A stretch of DNA of 21,618 bases from Bacillota bacterium (GTDB lineage: Bacteria > Bacillota > Dehalobacteriia > UBA4068 > UBA4997): NCBI GenBank assembly GCA_017398165.1, contig JAFQHB010000215.1, positions 1 to 21,618 on the forward strand. Reading direction: 5' to 3'. The position numbers were made by a program, and so were the translations under genes. The notes beneath the pieces were generated by a model, which was given only the letters and a program-made list of their open reading frames with translations, did not search any database and was not told the DNA's origin. Each line of letters opens with the position of its first letter. Within the stretch, counting starts at the first letter, position 1. Of this stretch, positions 7,784 through 16,830 are shown piece after piece.

Positions 7784-8889
7784 CCATCAATCTGCCAGGC
7801 CGTGCCAAAAGCCTCACAGAAAAGCTCGCACAGGCCGATAGCCGCAGCAGCATCGATCACCACACGCGCCCGGTGGATAATCGCCGGGTCGTGCCGCCCC
7901 TTTATCTGCAGAGTGGCATCCTGCCGCGCCGCATAATCCACCGTCTGCTGCTCCCTATAGATCGATGGCGTCGGTTTGATAACAGTACGAAAGACTATCG
8001 GCATACCGTTGCTGATACCGCCGTTGATACCGCCGTTGTTGTTGGTCGCGGTACGCAGCCGCCCATCCTGCATTCGCCAGGGATCATTGGCCTCCGAGCC
8101 ACGCATCCCGGCAAAGGCAAAGCCTGCGCCGAACTCCACACCCTTTACCGCCGGCACCGAGAAAAGCAAATGCGCCAGCGTACTTTCCACCGAATTAAAA
8201 AACGGCTCGCCAATACCGGCAGGCATCCCGATAACGGCAGTCTCCAGCACACCGCCCACCGAATCACCGTCAGCTTTGGCCGCCAGCACAGCCTGCTGCA
8301 TTTTATCGCCCCGGTCGGCATCCAGCACCGCAAAAGCCGTGTTATTCAGCCTGTCCAGTGCCGCCGCCAGTGCCGCTTCATCAGAGGGCATCGGGGCATC
8401 AGCCACACCGCCGCATTCTGCGATGTGTGTGCCGATCATCACGCCGTGTGCCGCCAGAATCTGCCGGCATATCGCTCCTGCCGCCACCAGAGGTGCGGTA
8501 ATGCGCCCCGAAAAATGACCGCCGCCGCGATAATCCTGCCAGTCGCCATACTTCACAAAGGCGGTATAATCGGCGTGTCCCGGACGCAGCAGGTCTTTGG
8601 TACGGGCATAATCACCGCTGCGGGTGGAGGTATTGCGGATCATCAGGCACAGCGGTGTACCGGTGGTATGCCCCTCAAAAAAGCCGCTGACGATCTCAAA
8701 CTCATCGCCCTCCTGCCGCGCGGTGGAGATAGCCCCCGTCGCCCGGCGGAAATCCAAGTCCCGGCGGATGGCCGCCATATCCAGCGGGATACCCGCCGCC
8801 AGACCGTCGATCACCACACCGATTGCCGCACCGTGGCTCTCGCCAAATATCGAAACGGTCAGATTTTTCCCGAATGTACTTTTCACCAC
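7768..8889 (-). CDS. aroC: Chorismate synthase
   Basis: 373 aa. SIFGESHG, RPGHADY and GGGHFSGR motifs. GTG start directly after an in-frame TGA, with AAGGA 8 nt upstream. Confidence 0.93.
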   Translation of the reverse strand: MVKSTFGKNLTVSIFGESHGAAIGVVIDGLAAGIPLDMAAIRRDLDFRRATGAISTARQEGDEFEIVSGFFEGHTTGTPLCLMIRNTSTRSGDYARTKDLLRPGHADYTAFVKYGDWQDYRGGGHFSGRITAPLVAAGAICRQILAAHGVMIGTHIAECGGVADAPMPSDEAALAAALDRLNNTAFAVLDADRGDKMQQAVLAAKADGDSVGGVLETAVIGMPAGIGEPFFNSVESTLAHLLFSVPAVKGVEFGAGFAFAGMRGSEANDPWRMQDGRLRTATNNNGGINGGISNGMPIVFRTVIKPTPSIYREQQTVDYAARQDATLQIKGRHDPAIIHRARVVIDAAAAIGLCELFCEAFGTAWQIDGIVNK

Positions 8890-8911
8890 TCATCACATCC
8901 TTCATAATGCA

Positions 8912-8939
8912 GACAAAAATGCCCCTTTTATACCGGGGC
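8912..8939 (-). terminator. Terminator-like hairpin inside the operon, just upstream of aroC
   Basis: On the minus strand: GCCCC-GGTATAAAA-GGGGC followed by ATTTTTGTCT. Only ~30 nt remain before the aroC start, leaving no room for a promoter. Confidence 0.4.
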
Positions 8940-9021
8940 GCAGGCGTTTTGCCACTGCTCCTGCGGGGGGATCAGGCAGCCCTGCCCCCCCTCGACTCAC
9001 CGCCGACGGGCAAAACCCGTC
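8940..9021 (-). other. Three consecutive GC-rich hairpins in the aroB-aroC spacer
   Basis: GACGGG/CCCGTC (9005-9021). G6...C7 with inner CAGG/CCTG (8965-8991). GCAGG/CCTGC (8940-8964). Confidence 0.5.
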
Positions 9022-9026
9022 AAAAC

Positions 9027-10049
9027 TTAACCCAAAAGCTGCGCCTTAAAGGCCTCCATATTGGTCTTGACCAGCTCGGCCTTGCCAATAGTGTTTACTT
9101 TCACCAGAGTGATCTTCTTGCCGCTGACTTTCTTATCGTGGCCAATGATCTCCAGCAGCTTCTCAGCCGGGTAATCGTGGCTGGTAGGCAGGTGCAGCTT
9201 ATCCAGCACCGCCGCCAGACGCTCCCTGATGGCAGCATCCTCGGTGATCTGCAGCATACCGACAGCCACAGCCTCGCCGTGCAGCATACCCTCCAGCTCA
9301 CCCGCACTCTCGATAGCGTGGCCGAGAGTATGGCCGAAATTCAGTATCTGGCGCAGGCCGGTTTCTTTCTCGTCCTGCTCGACAATGTCTTTCTTGACTG
9401 CCAGCGCCTTGCTGATGATTTTCTCGATATATTTTTCCTGGATCTGTTCACGGTCGGCAGGCATTTCCTCCAGCAGTGCAAACAGCTTCTCGTCCGCGAT
9501 CATACCGGCCTTGACAGCCTCGGCCAGACCGTTATAGAAATTGCGGTCGTCCAGTGTCTTCAGCAGATCAGTGTCGATGAAAACGGCACGCGGCTGATGA
9601 AAAGCACCGACGATGTTTTTGGTATCGCCCAGATTGATGGCAGTCTTGCCGCCGATGCTGCTGTCGATCTGCGAAAGCGTGGAGGTGGGAATATTGATAT
9701 AATCCACACCGCGCATATAGGTAGCCGCGGCAAAACCGGCCAGATCACCGACAACGCCGCCGCCCAGTGCCAGCACCAGATCCTTGCGGCCAAAGCCGTT
9801 CTCCATCATAGCATTCCACAGGAACTGCAGGTAAATAAAGCACTTGGAGGGCTCGCCTGCGTGTACCGTAGCGATGTAGCTCTCGCCGCACTGCTTCTGC
9901 AGAGCATCTACGTACTCGCCGGGGATCATATCATCGGTTACGATCAGTACCCTGCGGTCCAAGTCAACGTACTTGGCTACCTCCTGCAAAATGCCTTTCT
10001 TGATATGGATATGATATTTATGTCCCGGGATATCTACTGTCATTTTCAT
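9027..10049 (-). CDS. aroB: 3-dehydroquinate synthase
   Basis: 340 aa. LALGGGVVGDLAGFAAATYMRG, IPTSTLSQIDSSIGGKTAIN and LNFGHTLGHAIE motifs. GAGG RBS 8 nt before the ATG. Confidence 0.93.
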   Translation of the reverse strand: MKMTVDIPGHKYHIHIKKGILQEVAKYVDLDRRVLIVTDDMIPGEYVDALQKQCGESYIATVHAGEPSKCFIYLQFLWNAMMENGFGRKDLVLALGGGVVGDLAGFAAATYMRGVDYINIPTSTLSQIDSSIGGKTAINLGDTKNIVGAFHQPRAVFIDTDLLKTLDDRNFYNGLAEAVKAGMIADEKLFALLEEMPADREQIQEKYIEKIISKALAVKKDIVEQDEKETGLRQILNFGHTLGHAIESAGELEGMLHGEAVAVGMLQITEDAAIRERLAAVLDKLHLPTSHDYPAEKLLEIIGHDKKVSGKKITLVKVNTIGKAELVKTNMEAFKAQLLG

Positions 10050-10186
10050 AATTTTTACCTCTCTGTCATCTATATTGTTTATTATTTTTTAGCATTTATC
10101 TAAAACATCTGAAAACTGAGCATAAAAAGCACTATGCCCAAGCCCACTGTGCAAGAGCAGCTTACCGAAAAGTCAACGCTATATCG

Positions 10187-10236
10187 GCAATCCCTCCGCC
10201 CCTGCCGGGCACCCTCCTTTACACAGGGGAGGCTTT
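10187..10236. repeat. Dispersed GC-rich hairpin repeat, copy A
   Basis: GCAATCCCTCCGCCCCTGCCGGGCACCCTCCTTTACACAGGGGAGGCTTT, with hairpin CCTCC (10213-10217) / GGAGG (10228-10232). It shares GCAA.CCCTC...CTGCC.G...TTACACAGG.GAG.CTT with copy B at 17385-17436. Confidence 0.6.
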
Positions 10237-10271
10237 AATTTGTTATGTTACAAGCCGTTACATAGCCGTTC

Positions 10272-11348
10272 TTACAGCTTCCTGATATCATAAGAGCCCA
10301 GCAGCTTGCAGGTATCACAGCTCGTCTTCAGGCGCTGCAGCAGCTCCTCCGCCCGCGGGTCGTCCAGCTTGCCCTCTATCTCTACGTAGAAATAATACTG
10401 CCAGGGCAGCTCCTTCACCGGGCGGGATTTGATGCTCTCCATATTAAAGCCCATATCACCGATCAGCGACATCACCCGCGCCAGTTGTCCTGCATTATGC
10501 CCTACGGTAAAGAGCAGGTTGAAACGGCTGCCGGTCGGCTTCAGTTCCCGCGATATCACGACAAAACGGGTGGTGTTCTGCTTGCTGATATTGATAGTCT
10601 CGGCCAGCACATCCAGCCCGTACAGCTCGGCAGTCTCCAGCGAAGCAATAGCCGCCAGCGAAGTATCGCCGCTTTCGGCCACGTATTTGGCGGCCAATGC
10701 GGTATTGACGTACTCTACCGTCTCCAACTTATACTCCTGCAGAAACTTGGCACATTGGCTGAGTGCCTGCGGATGCGAATAGACTTTGCGGACGGAGGAC
10801 AATGTCGCCCCCGGCAGTGCCAGCAGATTTTGCCGCACCGGCAGATCGCATATCCCCTGGATGTGGCAATCATACTTAAAGAGCAGATCAAAGACCTCGC
10901 CGACCTCGCCGGTATAAGAATTCTCAAACGGGATGACGCCAAAAGCGGCGCGCCCCTCCAGCACCTCGATAAATACGCTCTCGAAATCCTGACACGCCAG
11001 ATAATTATAAGTCGGGAAAAGAGAGCGCGTCGCCTGCCAGGCAAAGGCGCCCTCCACCCCGGCATAGGCCGCCACATTGTGCTGCAGCATCGCCCGTTGA
11101 TAATCCTTGCTGATGTCCATCAGGTGCAGGATGAACTGCCGGTAATACGGACGGTATTCCTTATTCTGCAGCAGCGCCAGGTTTTTCTCCACCACCTGCT
11201 GCTCGCGGCCGCCATCAAATATCGGCAGGTTGTTGGCGCGTTTGTATTCCAGCACATCGCCCACCGCATCCAGCCGCCGCTCAAAAAGCTGCGCGATCTC
11301 GGCATCGATCTCATTGATGCGCCTGCGTGCATCATCCAGCTTGCTCAT
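10272..11348 (-). CDS. pheA: Bifunctional chorismate mutase / prephenate dehydratase (P-protein) with C-terminal ACT domain
   Basis: 358 aa. N-terminal AroQ-class CM (LDDARRRINEIDAEIAQLFERRL), PDT domain (GVIPFENSYTGEV, YSHPQALSQC, TRFVVI) and ACT-like C-terminus. Confidence 0.92.
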   Translation of the reverse strand: MSKLDDARRRINEIDAEIAQLFERRLDAVGDVLEYKRANNLPIFDGGREQQVVEKNLALLQNKEYRPYYRQFILHLMDISKDYQRAMLQHNVAAYAGVEGAFAWQATRSLFPTYNYLACQDFESVFIEVLEGRAAFGVIPFENSYTGEVGEVFDLLFKYDCHIQGICDLPVRQNLLALPGATLSSVRKVYSHPQALSQCAKFLQEYKLETVEYVNTALAAKYVAESGDTSLAAIASLETAELYGLDVLAETINISKQNTTRFVVISRELKPTGSRFNLLFTVGHNAGQLARVMSLIGDMGFNMESIKSRPVKELPWQYYFYVEIEGKLDDPRAEELLQRLKTSCDTCKLLGSYDIRKL

Positions 11349-11414
11349 GCGTTTATCTTCCTTTCTCGCATATTCAGTCGGAATTTTTGCTTGATAATTT
11401 TTGCCTAATGATAT

Positions 11415-11443
11415 ATTTTAGCACATTTGCCCGCCCTTGTCCA
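11415..11443 (-). promoter_or_regulatory. Putative promoter of pheA / the aromatic supraoperon
   Basis: Minus strand: TGGACA (11443-11438), 17-nt spacer, extended -10 TGcTAAAAT (hexamer at 11420-11415). About 60-nt leader to the pheA ATG. Confidence 0.55.
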
Positions 11444-11506
11444 TTTCTTCACCGCAAGAATACACAAGCACAGCTGATTTTTTGCATCCCGCCCCCTGCT
11501 AAAGCA

Positions 11507-11536
11507 CAAAAAAGAGCAGACGCACAAAGCGCCTGC
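11507..11536 (-). terminator. Rho-independent terminator of ilvC
   Basis: Minus strand: GCAGGCGC-TTTGT-GCGTCTGC (8 bp with one G-U), followed by TCTTTTTTG. It starts 34 nt after the ilvC stop. Confidence 0.7.
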
Positions 11537-11569
11537 CCCTGTATTACGAATATTAAACCGCCAAACAAA

Positions 11570-12655
<1,086 letters not shown>

Positions 12656-12676
12656 CTATAATACAACTTATTCGCA

Positions 12677-12719
12677 CAAAATACAATCGCCTTTACAGCA
12701 AAAACGCGATTGTATTTTG
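12677..12719 (-). terminator. Perfect 14-bp inverted repeat (likely terminator of the upstream cluster, or an operator in front of ilvC)
   Basis: CAAAATACAATCGC (12677-12690) pairs with GCGATTGTATTTTG (12706-12719), 15-nt loop. The arms end in U-rich sequence in both orientations. It sits between the AtpZ-like gene stop and ilvC. Confidence 0.45.
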
Positions 12720-12804
12720 TATTTCTTTTGTATTTATTGTGTGCTTTATGAATATTCTTGCATCAGTGAGGTATTTTTACAGTATACCGCCCGCCGGGAC
12801 ACCT

Positions 12805-13509
12805 TTACTCACCCGATGCTTTTTCTTCTGCGGCTTTTTTATCCGCAGCGTTTTTATCTGCCGTGCCGGCAGTATCGGCAGGCGCCGAAAGCCGCATCAA
12901 ATCACGGTACAGCATATAAAACGAATAGAAGATCACCAGCACAATAATCGCCATCGCACCGATGCCGGTATCTCCCAGCCAGCGGCGGTCGATATAGCTG
13001 CCCATCCATATGCCCAATATACCTACCCGCACCGCAAAGCTGATGCCAAAGCCTGCCAGCAGCTGCCACGGGGCACTGCGCAGCGGGATATCGGAAACCG
13101 GCGGCGATATCGGGGCAGCGGCCGCATAATCGGCGTCGTGACCATCCCCCCGGGATTCATCATACCGTTGATACAGCACATCCCCGGCAGCGGCAGGCCA
13201 CTCGGCACTATCATCTGCCGTCTGCTCTTTGGGCGGTATCTTTTCCGGTTCGTTCTCCGGGATACTTTCGGACGCTTCATTTGATGATTCATCCGACTCT
13301 TCATCTGCCGCGTCTTCCGGCTCCCCGGGTGCGCGTCGGATAACGCCGCTTGCGACCAGACGCTTGTCCAGGGCTTCTATCTGTGCTTCGGCATCCTCCA
13401 GCATTTTGCGGAAACGATCCTGCTCGGCCTCGGTCAGCGCCGATTCGTCTGCCTCTGCCGCTTCGTCCGTATCAATGCCGGACAGCAGCACTTTGTCCGC
13501 CGCACTCAA
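12805..13509 (-). CDS. AtpZ/AtpI-like two-TM membrane protein with long acidic, low-complexity N-terminal extension
   Basis: The C-terminal ~70 aa (PWQLLAGFGISFAVRVGILGIWMGSYIDRRWLGDTGIGAMAIIVLVIFYSFYMLYRDL) fits the AtpZ/AtpI pattern: PW, two TM helices, G..G.Y.DR.LGT, terminal YR. The N-terminal ~150 aa are D/E/A/S/P-rich. TTG start overlaps the wecB stop (TTGA). Alternative starts are GTG 13491 and ATG 13404. Confidence 0.55.
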   Translation of the reverse strand: MSAADKVLLSGIDTDEAAEADESALTEAEQDRFRKMLEDAEAQIEALDKRLVASGVIRRAPGEPEDAADEESDESSNEASESIPENEPEKIPPKEQTADDSAEWPAAAGDVLYQRYDESRGDGHDADYAAAAPISPPVSDIPLRSAPWQLLAGFGISFAVRVGILGIWMGSYIDRRWLGDTGIGAMAIIVLVIFYSFYMLYRDLMRLSAPADTAGTADKNAADKKAAEEKASGE

Positions 13510-14639
13510 AGCACTTTGGCCAGTATGTCGCGGATATATTCGGCAGCGTGCCCGTCGCCGTAGGGGTTGGCGGCATTGGCCATAGCGTTATAGACGCCTG
13601 CATCCGTCAACAACAGGCGGATGCCTTCATTCACACTGTCATAGCTGTTGCCGATCAGGCGCACGGTACCTGCCGCCACGGCCTCGGGGCGTTCGGTCAC
13701 CTCGCGCAGCACCAGTACCGGCTTGCCGAGAGCCGGTGCTTCCTCCTGCACACCGCCGGAATCGGTAACAATCAGGTGGCTGACGCTCATCAGCTTGCTG
13801 AAAGGCCGATACTCCAGCGGCTCGATCAGGTGGATATTGGGCGCATCCCCCATCAGCTCGGCCGCCAGTTCGCGCACCAGAGGATTTTTATGCACCGGGC
13901 AGACTACCTGCAGCTCGTCCGCCATCTCGTCCGCGATCTCCCGCACCGCACGGAAGATGCCGCGCATCGGCTCGCCCCAGTTTTCACGGCGATGGCAGGT
14001 CAGCAGCAGTATTTTCTTGCTCCAGTCCACCGGCGCGTCAATGTACTCCGCCAGATCACAGCCGGACTCCACCGTCTGCAGCAGCGCATCAATGACGGTA
14101 TTGCCGGTCACAAAGATATTCTGTGCGGCCACCTGGGCGCGCAGCAGATTATCCCGCGATGTCTCGGTCGGCGCGAAGTGATAATCCGCCAGCTGACCGG
14201 TCAGACAGCGGTTCATCTCCTCAGGGTAGGGTGCGAATTTATCACCCGTCCGCAGCCCGGCCTCGACGTGTCCCAGCGGTACTTTCTCATAAAAAGCCGC
14301 CAGAGCGCCGGCCAGCGTGGTGGTGGTATCACCGTGGACCAGCACCACATCGGGGCGCTCCTCGGCAATTATCGCCTGCAGGCCGCACAATGCCCCGGCA
14401 GTAATGTCGGAAAGCGTCTGGCCGTGCTTCATCATATTCAGGTCGTGATCGGCGCTGATGTCAAAGCACTCCATCACCTGATCCAGCATTTCACGGTGCT
14501 GGGCGGTGACAGCCACCCTGGCATCAAAGCGTTCGTCCGCCTGCAACACCCTTACCAGCGGCGCCATCTTGATGGCCTCGGGGCGCGTGCCGAATACCAG
14601 CAGGACTTTCTTTTTATCAGGCATTTTTTTATCAGGCAT
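13506..14639 (-). CDS. wecB: UDP-N-acetylglucosamine 2-epimerase (non-hydrolysing)
   Basis: VLLVFGTRPEAIKMAPL, HVEAGLRT, TDSGGVQEEAP and NPYGDGHAAE motifs. I chose ATG 14639 (GGGTGA 5 nt upstream; 8-nt ATGCCTGA overlap with the deaminase stop). The ORF-track start at 14669 lies inside the upstream gene. Confidence 0.9.
   Translation of the reverse strand: MPDKKMPDKKKVLLVFGTRPEAIKMAPLVRVLQADERFDARVAVTAQHREMLDQVMECFDISADHDLNMMKHGQTLSDITAGALCGLQAIIAEERPDVVLVHGDTTTTLAGALAAFYEKVPLGHVEAGLRTGDKFAPYPEEMNRCLTGQLADYHFAPTETSRDNLLRAQVAAQNIFVTGNTVIDALLQTVESGCDLAEYIDAPVDWSKKILLLTCHRRENWGEPMRGIFRAVREIADEMADELQVVCPVHKNPLVRELAAELMGDAPNIHLIEPLEYRPFSKLMSVSHLIVTDSGGVQEEAPALGKPVLVLREVTERPEAVAAGTVRLIGNSYDSVNEGIRLLLTDAGVYNAMANAANPYGDGHAAEYIRDILAKVL
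14610..14639 (-). repeat. 15-nt tandem duplication of the wecB start (ATGCCTGATAAAAAA / ATGCCTGATAAAAAG)
   Basis: 14/15 identical adjacent copies. They encode MPDKK-MPDKK and duplicate the start codon. Confidence 0.85.
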
Positions 14640-15120
14640 CTGCTTCACCCGCTTTTCCGGCGGCAGCACGCAGCTCCGCCATACTTATCAGCTCCATACC
14701 GGCCTCCCGCGCCAGAGTACACGCCAGCTCATCGGGGTATTCACCGTCAAAGATCACCCTTTTGATGCCGCTGGTCACCATCGCCTTGACGCAGGTGGTA
14801 CAGGGCTGATTGGTGACGTATATGGTGGCGCCGTCCAGACAGATACCGTGCTTGGCGGCGGAATTGCAGATATTGGCCTCGGCGTGCTGGGCGCGGCAGA
14901 TCTCCTGCCGCTGGCCGGAAGGCACACCCAGCTGCTCTCTCAGACAGCCGCCGATCTCATCACAATGCGGCGCCCCGGGCAGCGCACCGTTGTAGCCGGT
15001 GCCCAGTATCCGATGATCGGGGCTGACCGCCACTGCACCCACGCTGCGGCGCAGGCAGGTGGTACGGGTAGCCACCTGATAGGCCAGCCGCATAAAATAT
15101 TCATCCCAGGATTCACGCAT
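14632..15120 (-). CDS. comEB: Deoxycytidylate (dCMP) deaminase, ComEB-type
   Basis: 162 aa. Zinc motifs HAEANI and PCTTCVKAM. WDEYFMRLA N-terminus. GGGGGAGGG RBS 6 nt before the ATG. Confidence 0.88.
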   Translation of the reverse strand: MRESWDEYFMRLAYQVATRTTCLRRSVGAVAVSPDHRILGTGYNGALPGAPHCDEIGGCLREQLGVPSGQRQEICRAQHAEANICNSAAKHGICLDGATIYVTNQPCTTCVKAMVTSGIKRVIFDGEYPDELACTLAREAGMELISMAELRAAAGKAGEADA

Positions 15121-15202
15121 AAAAATCCCTCCCCCGGCAGCTCCAGCCGCCCTCTACACTTTATTTGCTCGCAAATTATCGGAACTCAAACCAACATCCC
15201 AT

Positions 15203-15250
15203 ACTTATTCACTATCCACTCTTACTTCTTCACTGCCCTATTCACTGCCC
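15203..15250. repeat. Degenerate (A/C)TT(A/C)TTCACT repeat array in the glyA 3' flank, related to 7756-7783
   Basis: ACTTATTCACTAT (15203-15215), CCACTCTT, ACTTCTTCACTGCC (15224-15237) and CTATTCACTGCC (15238-15249). TTCACT occurs at 15208, 15229 and 15241. Confidence 0.7.
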
Positions 15251-15253
15251 TGC

Positions 15254-16507
15254 TCAGCCCAGCTCGGGATACAGCGGACGGCTCTCGGTCAGTTCACGCA
15301 CGATGGCAGCAGCCTCAGCCAGTTTGGCTTCATCCTCGCCGTAGCTCAGTGCCAGATCGATAGCCTTGGCAACACGGCGCATATCGTCGGTGTTAAAGCC
15401 GCGGCTGGTGGCAGCGGGGCTGCCCAGACGAATGCCGCTGGTAACAAACGGGCTCTGGGTATCGAAGGGCACGGCGTTTTTGTTACAGGTAATGCCGATG
15501 GAATCCAGACGAGCCTCGGCGTATTTACCGGTGATGCCCTTGTTGGTCAGGTTGACCAGGATCAGGTGGTTGTCGGTACCGCCGGATACCAGGTGGAAGC
15601 CTTTTTCCAGCAGGCCCTCGGCCAGTGCCTGAGCATTATCGATAACGTTTTTGCCGTATTCACGGAATTCCGGCTGCAAAGCCTCGCCCAGAGCCACAGC
15701 CTTGGCCGCGATAACGTGCATCAGCGGGCCGCCCTGGCAGCCGGGGAAGATAGCCTTATCAATAGCGGGAGCCAGCTCCTCGCCGCACAGGATCATACCA
15801 CCGCGGGGGCCGCGCAGAGTCTTGTGAGTGGTGGTGGTCACGACATCGGCATAGGGTACCGGGCTGGGATGCCAGCCGCCGGCTACCAGACCTGCGATGT
15901 GCGCCATATCGACCATCAGGGGTGCGCCCACCTCTTTGGCAATATCAGCCAGCGCAGCGAAATCAATGATACGCGGATAGGCGGAAGCACCGGCAACAAT
16001 CAGCTGGGGCTTCTCCTCTTTGGCGATGGCGCGGACGTGGTCATAATCGATAACTTCGGTCTCGGGCTCTACGCCGTAGGCTACGAAGTTGTAGTATTTG
16101 CCGGACATATTTACCGGGCTGCCATGGGTCAGGTGGCCGCCGTGTGCCAGATCCATACCCAGCACCTTATCGCCAGGCTTGATCAGCGCAAAGTAGGTAG
16201 CCAGATTGGCCTGTGCGCCGGAATGGGGCTGCACATTGGCATGTGCCGCACCAAACAGTTTTTTGGCACGCTCACGCGCCAGATTCTCCACTACGTCAAC
16301 GTACTCACAGCCGCCGTAATAGCGTTTGCCGGGGTAACCCTCGGCGTATTTGTTGGTCAGCACAGAGCCCTGTGCCTCCATAACAGACAGAGAAGTAAAG
16401 TTCTCCGATGCGATCAGTTCGATTTTCGATCTCTGGCGGCCCAGCTCGTCATTGACGGCAGCAGTCAGCTCAGGATCGGTCTTGCTTACAAACTCCAATT
16501 TGCTCAT
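15254..16507 (-). CDS. glyA: Serine hydroxymethyltransferase
   Basis: [20 protein letters not shown] and [14 protein letters not shown] (PLP lysine motif). I chose ATG 16507 (GAGGGA 6 nt upstream) rather than the GTG at 16534. Confidence 0.95.
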   Translation of the reverse strand: MSKLEFVSKTDPELTAAVNDELGRQRSKIELIASENFTSLSVMEAQGSVLTNKYAEGYPGKRYYGGCEYVDVVENLARERAKKLFGAAHANVQPHSGAQANLATYFALIKPGDKVLGMDLAHGGHLTHGSPVNMSGKYYNFVAYGVEPETEVIDYDHVRAIAKEEKPQLIVAGASAYPRIIDFAALADIAKEVGAPLMVDMAHIAGLVAGGWHPSPVPYADVVTTTTHKTLRGPRGGMILCGEELAPAIDKAIFPGCQGGPLMHVIAAKAVALGEALQPEFREYGKNVIDNAQALAEGLLEKGFHLVSGGTDNHLILVNLTNKGITGKYAEARLDSIGITCNKNAVPFDTQSPFVTSGIRLGSPAATSRGFNTDDMRRVAKAIDLALSYGEDEAKLAEAAAIVRELTESRPLYPELG

Positions 16508-16673
16508 TACAGTTCCCTCTTTCTTTGTGTTCACCGCAACTCACGGTTTATATAGTTTATAAATTGCACAACGCAAATTTTACAGCAATTTTATCGTGCG
16601 CGGGGGCTTATCCTGCACCCTGCACCAATATCCGAAAAGCCAAAAATCAGCGGTATAGCTCATTATAACGAAT

Positions 16674-16702
16674 ATGATAAGAAATATTGCACCAAAAGTC
16701 AA
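16674..16702 (-). promoter_or_regulatory. Putative glyA promoter
   Basis: Minus strand: TTGACT (16702-16697), 17-nt spacer, TATCAT (16679-16674). This implies a ~160-nt 5' UTR. Confidence 0.5.
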
Positions 16703-16792
16703 TACTTTACCTGCCTTTTATCATCTCTTTTGTCATCCGTACATTTCTTTTATCACGCACCCTTTTTGCCGTGCCGCCGCCCAGTAAGCACC

Positions 16793-16821
16793 TTGACAAA
16801 CCACCCCCGCAGTGGCAAAAT
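16793..16821 (+). promoter_or_regulatory. Putative promoter of the SMR exporter gene
   Basis: Consensus TTGACA (16793-16798), 17-nt spacer, extended -10 TGgCAAAAT (16813-16821). Confidence 0.5.
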
Positions 16822-16830
16822 ATCATTCAG

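Noticed and set aside
6646-8907. Very long plus-strand ORFs. These include 6646..8907 (753 aa), 18301..20076 (591 aa), 13350..14765, 11327..12661, 8823..10103, 2480..3544, 4706..5752, 15566..16555, 10485..11408, 3399..4313 and 1052..1741.
   Set aside because: All lie antisense to minus-strand genes with unmistakable enzyme signatures. Their translations are low-complexity R/H/Q/P/A-rich strings with no motifs. They are typical stop-poor shadow frames of GC-rich coding DNA.
11349-11414. Attenuator, leader peptide, T-box or TRAP-binding array in front of pheA.
   Set aside because: The leader is only ~60 nt. The one mini-ORF (MRERKINA) has no aromatic codons. There are no regularly spaced GAG/UAG triplets and no terminator hairpin.
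16508-16673. Riboswitch or T-box in the ~160-nt glyA leader (ZTP/pfl, THF, T-box).
   Set aside because: No CCGCCTGGGC-type ZTP 3' hairpin, no ACTGGCG block and no T-box (GGTGGTACCGCG-like) sequence. The leader is AT-rich with only weak 3-5 bp hairpins. There is a GTGCAGG x2 direct repeat, but nothing I can support as a structured element.
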